DNA from: an uncultured virus (IMG/VR IMGVR_UViG_3300019135_000021)
Taxonomy: Duplodnaviria; Heunggongvirae; Uroviricota; Caudoviricetes
IMG/VR virus record: IMGVR_UViG_3300019135_000021
Reading direction: 5' to 3' (one strand)
DNA length: 20,000 nt
The position numbers and the translations under genes were made by a program. Under the pieces are notes generated by a model. It had not been told where the DNA came from. It made no database searches and was given only the letters and a program-made list of their open reading frames with translations. This document shows, one piece after another, positions 16,802-20,000 of the stretch. Positions within the stretch are counted from its first letter, which is position 1. Every line of letters begins with the position of its first letter.

Positions 16802-16819
16802 ATAAAATATTGATTTCAT
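16802..16819. repeat. intergenic palindrome copy ATAAAA-tattga-TTTCAT
   Basis: 4 nt after the stop at 16797. Confidence 0.6.
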
Positions 16820-16838
16820 TTAGAAAGGTGGAAAAGTA

Positions 16839-17009
16839 TTGACCGTTACAGCTTGGATTTTGTTGATTATGTTTGGTTTATTCGCCTTATCAGATTTGAA
16901 CTTAACTGAAGATGAAACAAAGCATATCAAGTTCTTCATAATAATGAAATTTGTTTCTGTCTTTATAGCTGCTATAGCTGCAGGCGTGATTTGGGGAGGG
17001 CTATTTTAA
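16839..17009 (+). CDS. small two-helix membrane protein (56 aa, not in ORF track; possibly YotH-like)
   Basis: AAAGGTGG RBS, TTG start; [56 protein letters not shown]. Confidence 0.75.
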   Translation: MTVTAWILLIMFGLFALSDLNLTEDETKHIKFFIIMKFVSVFIAAIAAGVIWGGLF

Positions 17010-17071
17010 TGAGATTAATAAGGAGAATGACCGTTAATCTGCTTAATTAAAAATAAGACAGGAGTGGTGGA

Positions 17072-17428
17072 ATGATTCTCAAATGGATAGAAAATAAGGA
17101 GAAGAATAAGTTGATGGATGAGCTAAGTACTTTCATCGACAATCTGATGGGTGAAAGAGATTCATTTGCAGAAAAGCTGAGGAACTTCAAAAAAGATGAA
17201 GAAATCTCTAAATTGTTAAAAGAAAACGAGAGTCTTAGAATTAACAGCCTTCATACATTATCTGAAAAAGAAAGGGAGGAAGCGGATGCTTTTAGGGAAG
17301 AACATTGGAAAAAATGTAAAGGTAACACATCTTTTCTTTTAACAGGTGCAAGTATTGGTACAAGAGTAGAGGTGATTTGCTCAAAATGTAAAACCCAAAA
17401 AGACATCACAGACATTAGTGTGTGGTAA
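17072..17428 (+). CDS. phage hypothetical protein, possible C-terminal Zn site (HWKKC...CSKC)
   Basis: 118-aa ORF with GGAGTGG RBS. Confidence 0.75.
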   Translation: MILKWIENKEKNKLMDELSTFIDNLMGERDSFAEKLRNFKKDEEISKLLKENESLRINSLHTLSEKEREEADAFREEHWKKCKGNTSFLLTGASIGTRVEVICSKCKTQKDITDISVW

Positions 17429-17455
17429 AGAATAATTTATTTCGAGGTGAATAAA

Positions 17456-17683
17456 ATGGCGAAAGTTTATAAAGCAGAATTTTATATTACAGATATGTCT
17501 AATGAATTTTACAGTGTTGATGATCTTAAAGAAAAAATTGAAGAATCGCCAACATTCAGGTGGGCACTTGTTCATGTTTCAGATGTTAAAGAATCCGAAG
17601 AATTTGAGTGGGATGATGATTTGAAAATTAACAATATTGCGGCTACAACAGAAGATCTTGAAAAGTATTTCAAGGGAAGATGA
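17456..17683 (+). CDS. small acidic phage protein
   Basis: GAGGTG RBS points to ATG17456. Confidence 0.75.
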   Translation: MAKVYKAEFYITDMSNEFYSVDDLKEKIEESPTFRWALVHVSDVKESEEFEWDDDLKINNIAATTEDLEKYFKGR

Positions 17684-17726
17684 AAAATTTATGTCTTTCA
17701 AAAAAGAATAATTAAAAGGAGTATAA

Positions 17727-18179
17727 ATGATGGATGTAATTGATGAATTTAAAGGTAAGTATTATTTCTTAAGCAATTTCTATTCAGCACTAGTTATGTA
17801 TCAAGGAATCACATATCAAAATAATGAAGCAGCTTTTCAAGCAATGAAAGTGACAGACAAATCAATTCACTTGGAGTTTTCAGATTTACCTCCTAATCTA
17901 GCAAAAAGGAAAGGGCGTAGAGTTAAACTGAGGCCGGATTGGGAAGAAGTCAAAGAAACGTATATGTATGAGATCGTGAAAGCTAAATTTGAACAAAATG
18001 ATCAACTCAAGAATCGACTTTTACAAACTGGGGAATCAACTTTAATAGAAGGAAATACTTGGGGAGACAGAGTATGGGGAGCTTGTAACGGAATTGGAGA
18101 AAACAAACTTGGAAAAATTTTAATGAGAGTCAGAAAAGAACTGAAGGAGGTTTCACATGGAGGAAAGCAATCAACTTGA
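17727..18179 (+). CDS. NADAR (YbiA-like) N-glycosidase/ADP-ribosylhydrolase family protein
   Basis: FLSNFY, EAAFQAMK, AKRKGR, RPDW, KAKFEQN, LL.TG, LIEGNTWGDRVWG, GENKLGKILMRVR motifs. Confidence 0.9.
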   Translation: MMDVIDEFKGKYYFLSNFYSALVMYQGITYQNNEAAFQAMKVTDKSIHLEFSDLPPNLAKRKGRRVKLRPDWEEVKETYMYEIVKAKFEQNDQLKNRLLQTGESTLIEGNTWGDRVWGACNGIGENKLGKILMRVRKELKEVSHGGKQST

Positions 18180-18336
18180 ATCGCTTTTCAACAAGATTCA
18201 GAGAAAACTAGATACCGCGAAAGAAGCTGTATCGGGCAATGATTATCTAAGAGCCAACAGAAATCTAATTAACCTTGCAAACGATAATGAGGAACTAATG
18301 TATCAATGTAGGTTGGCCATGAAAAGAGTGGACTAA
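18157..18336 (+). CDS. small helical hypothetical protein (59 aa, not in ORF track)
   Basis: AAGGAGG RBS; MEESNQLESLFNKIQRKLDTAKEAV...MKRVD*. Confidence 0.75.
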   Translation: MEESNQLESLFNKIQRKLDTAKEAVSGNDYLRANRNLINLANDNEELMYQCRLAMKRVD

Positions 18337-18378
18337 ACAAAAAGATGAATTAAAAGAACTTAATCGGAGAGTGATTAA

Positions 18379-18969
18379 TTGGCAGCAACCAATCAAGGTA
18401 AAGTATTTGAAGCGAATGTTGAAAAATCAGCAAAAGATCAGAGTATATTCTTTTACAGAATTAAAGATGTTAATCCAATGTTTTTAAAGAGAGGGACTGC
18501 AGTATCCAAAAATAAATACGATTGTTTCATTCATTATAAGGGGTACTTGTTCCCTGTTGAGATGAAGTCGACAAAGAATAAGTCATTCTCGTTCAGCGAG
18601 AAAATTATAAAGCCTCAGCAAATCAAATATCTTGCTGAAGCAGCCAAATACCCATACATAATCCCTGGTTTTTTGTTTCAATTCAGGGAACCAGAAAATA
18701 AAGTGTATTTCGTACACATTGATGAATTCCTTACATATAAACATATAGCTGAAAATCAGTTAGAACATACATACGAGAATAAAGTTAATAAATCAAGTAT
18801 TCCGATCAACATCTGTGAAGAGATTGGAACTGAAGTCAGATGGATGAAGAAGAAAGTCAATTATACATATTACTTAAACAAGCTCTGTGATGAGCTTATA
18901 AAACAGTATGGTCATAAGACAAGATTTGAACCACATACCCTTTTGAAAAGGGGTGGTGATGCTTATTGA
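18379..18969 (+). CDS. yotM: RecU-like Holliday junction resolvase (YotM-like)
   Basis: N.GK.FE, YD, EMKST, I.P.Q..YL PD-(D/E)xK/RecU motifs; position near prophage end. Confidence 0.85.
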   Translation: MAATNQGKVFEANVEKSAKDQSIFFYRIKDVNPMFLKRGTAVSKNKYDCFIHYKGYLFPVEMKSTKNKSFSFSEKIIKPQQIKYLAEAAKYPYIIPGFLFQFREPENKVYFVHIDEFLTYKHIAENQLEHTYENKVNKSSIPINICEEIGTEVRWMKKKVNYTYYLNKLCDELIKQYGHKTRFEPHTLLKRGGDAY

Positions 18970-19118
18970 AATATGTTCCTGGAGTAAGATATGAGCTTGA
19001 AAGAGACAGTAGCCCAAATTGTATTCTGATTTTCAAAAATGAGCCGAATTACGATCTTATGGCAGATGCCTTTATAAATTTATATTATAGACTTAAAATA
19101 AAAGGAGCAGTGGATTGA
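18966..19118 (+). CDS. putative recombination directionality factor (SprB-equivalent position), 50 aa, not in ORF track
   Basis: GGTGGTGA RBS; TTG overlaps the recU-like stop; MKYVPGVRYELERDSSPNCILIFKNEPNYDLMADAFINLYYRLKIKGAVD*; last phage gene before att. Function inferred from synteny only. Confidence 0.6.
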   Translation: MKYVPGVRYELERDSSPNCILIFKNEPNYDLMADAFINLYYRLKIKGAVD

Positions 19119-19135
19119 ATCCATTGTTCCTTTTT
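19101..19135 (+). terminator. intrinsic terminator at the prophage end
   Basis: AAAGGAGCAGTGGAT/ATCCATTGTTCCTTT stem with G.U pairs valid on the + strand, then a T run. Confidence 0.75.
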
Positions 19136-19175
19136 ACATGAAATAAAAAACACTGTCCCGACCTTTGTCGTTGAC
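19136..19175. other. prophage-host attachment junction, crossover near 19152-19160
   Basis: KamA similarity (VPTFVVDAPGGGGKI) begins here; upstream codons (HEIKNT) replace the usual GHTSGYA; sharp GC shift. Confidence 0.75.
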
Positions 19176-19568
19176 GCGCCGGGCGGAGGCGGGAAAATCG
19201 CCATCCAGCCGAATTACTTGATTTCGCAAAGCCCCGATAAAGTCGTGCTCCGCAATTTTGAAGGCGTCATTACGTCGTATCCTGAGCCTGAAAACTATGT
19301 TCCGGGGAGAGCGGACGACTATTTTGCCGAAATCTTCCCTGATGTGATGAAGGAAAAAGAGGAGATCGGCATATCGGCAATCTATGCGGATCAAGCTCTT
19401 TCATACACACCGGACGGCTTAAAACGGCTCGAGAGAAGAGAAAGCTATTCCAAGAGGCCTGATCATGAAACATTGAAAAGCCGCCGGGCAAAGCGCGATG
19501 AATTGAAAGAAAAGAAATTCCTTGCCCAGCAAAAGAAAGAAGGCGAAGCTGAGGGGCATGCGCAATGA
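19152..19568 (+). pseudogene. kamA: 3' fragment of lysine 2,3-aminomutase split by the prophage
   Basis: Frame reads (T)VPTFVVDAPGGGGKIAIQPNYLISQSPDKVVLRNFEGVITSYPEPENY...LKEKKFLAQQKK, the KamA C-terminal region. Confidence 0.92.
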
Positions 19569-19846
19569 AGAAGTGTGAATGGTGCAATGAAGAAAAAGCC
19601 GCGGCAGCCCGCACGGCGGTATATTGGGAGCTTCCCGACGGGACGAAAGCGATTGAAATCACCGACACACCTGCGGTGGAATGCGAAGGGTGCGGGATGG
19701 TCTATCAGGAGGACAGTGTCACCTGGGAAATTGAAAATCAGCTGCTCTTGATTGATACAAAAAAACTGCCATCGTCCGTTTCATATGATGCGCTGATGAA
19801 AACAGAGCGCATACTGAAGCGGAATTACTTTGACTTTTCCTCATGA
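19565..19846 (+). CDS. yokU: YokU family Zn-ribbon protein
   Basis: CEWC...VYWELPDGTKAIEI...CEGCGMVYQ; follows kamA as in B. subtilis. Confidence 0.88.
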   Translation: MKKCEWCNEEKAAAARTAVYWELPDGTKAIEITDTPAVECEGCGMVYQEDSVTWEIENQLLLIDTKKLPSSVSYDALMKTERILKRNYFDFSS

Positions 19847-19869
19847 AGCCGGCTTTTGCCGGTTTTTTT
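19846..19869 (+). terminator. intrinsic terminator after yokU
   Basis: AAGCCGGC-tttt-GCCGGTTT plus T run. Confidence 0.85.
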
Positions 19870-19892
19870 GCGTGTTTCAACGGGTTTTTTGT

Positions 19893-19920
19893 TTGTATTT
19901 TTTCAGACGGCCTGTATAAT
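19893..19920 (+). promoter_or_regulatory. sigmaA-like promoter for yozE
   Basis: TTGTAT-16 bp-TATAAT. Confidence 0.5.
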
Positions 19921-19951
19921 AGAACATCAAAAGAGGACAGGAGGGGAGACC

Positions 19952-20000
19952 GTGAAGTCTTTTTACCATTATTTAATGAAATACCGCCATCCGAAACCGA
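19952..20000 (+). CDS. yozE: YozE family protein, 5' end (truncated by window)
   Basis: GGAGGGG RBS; GTG start; MKSFYHYLMKYRHPKP; synteny kamA-yokU-yozE. Confidence 0.85.
   Translation, partial: MKSFYHYLMKYRHPKP

Larger units (their letters stand above)
1..19151. mobile_element. SPbeta/phi3T-like prophage, right arm (continues beyond window start), integrated in kamA
   Basis: Gene order yosL-nrdI-nrdE(intron+intein)-nrdF-thioredoxin-dUTPase...sspC-yotB...recU-like-small ORF matches my recollection of the SPbeta right arm; AT-rich DNA switches to GC-richer host DNA at ~19152 in mid-kamA. Confidence 0.93.

Noticed and set aside
842..16819. CRISPR array or tandem repeat reading of the palindromes
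   Set aside because: Copies are short, degenerate and separated by whole genes; no cas genes or regular spacing.
19218..19568. Independent 116-aa gene
   Set aside because: It is the kamA C-terminal fragment; similarity extends upstream of the TTG to ~19155.
2260..19668. Short overlapping or antisense track ORFs (2260, 2740, 3650, 4452, 5658, 5847, 6857, 10088, 10658, 11188, 11753, 12569, 13762, 14338, 16201, 16277, 17381, 19134, 19270)
   Set aside because: They overlap better-supported genes or RNA structures and show no recognisable motifs.

Overview
Right-hand end (~19.15 kb) of an SPbeta/phi3T-like temperate prophage in a Bacillus subtilis-group host, followed by ~0.85 kb of host chromosome. 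The prophage is integrated inside kamA (lysine 2,3-aminomutase): the orphan 3' half of kamA starts abruptly at ~19152 and is followed by yokU and the start of yozE. The phage part holds many short accessory genes and a nucleotide-metabolism block: nrdI; nrdE split by a 940-nt group I intron (with an HNH endonuclease ORF) and a 385-aa LAGLIDADG intein; nrdF; a thioredoxin/NrdH; dUTPase; thyA. It also carries a C5 DNA methyltransferase inserted between nrdE and nrdF, a YosL-type MazE mimic, a NADAR protein, a metallophosphoesterase, a RecU-like resolvase and a probable recombination directionality factor next to the att junction. Manual reading adds features the ORF track missed: a frameshifted sspC-like SASP gene on the minus strand with a sigmaG-like promoter, several <60-aa genes, two ORFs with ATA at the expected start, and a multiply frameshifted pseudogene. 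The least explained signal is a recurrent palindrome, roughly ATAAAA-N6-TTTTAT, at boundaries of accessory genes; it might be a cassette recombination site or a protein-binding operator. Gene names come from recalled family similarity and synteny, not database searches.
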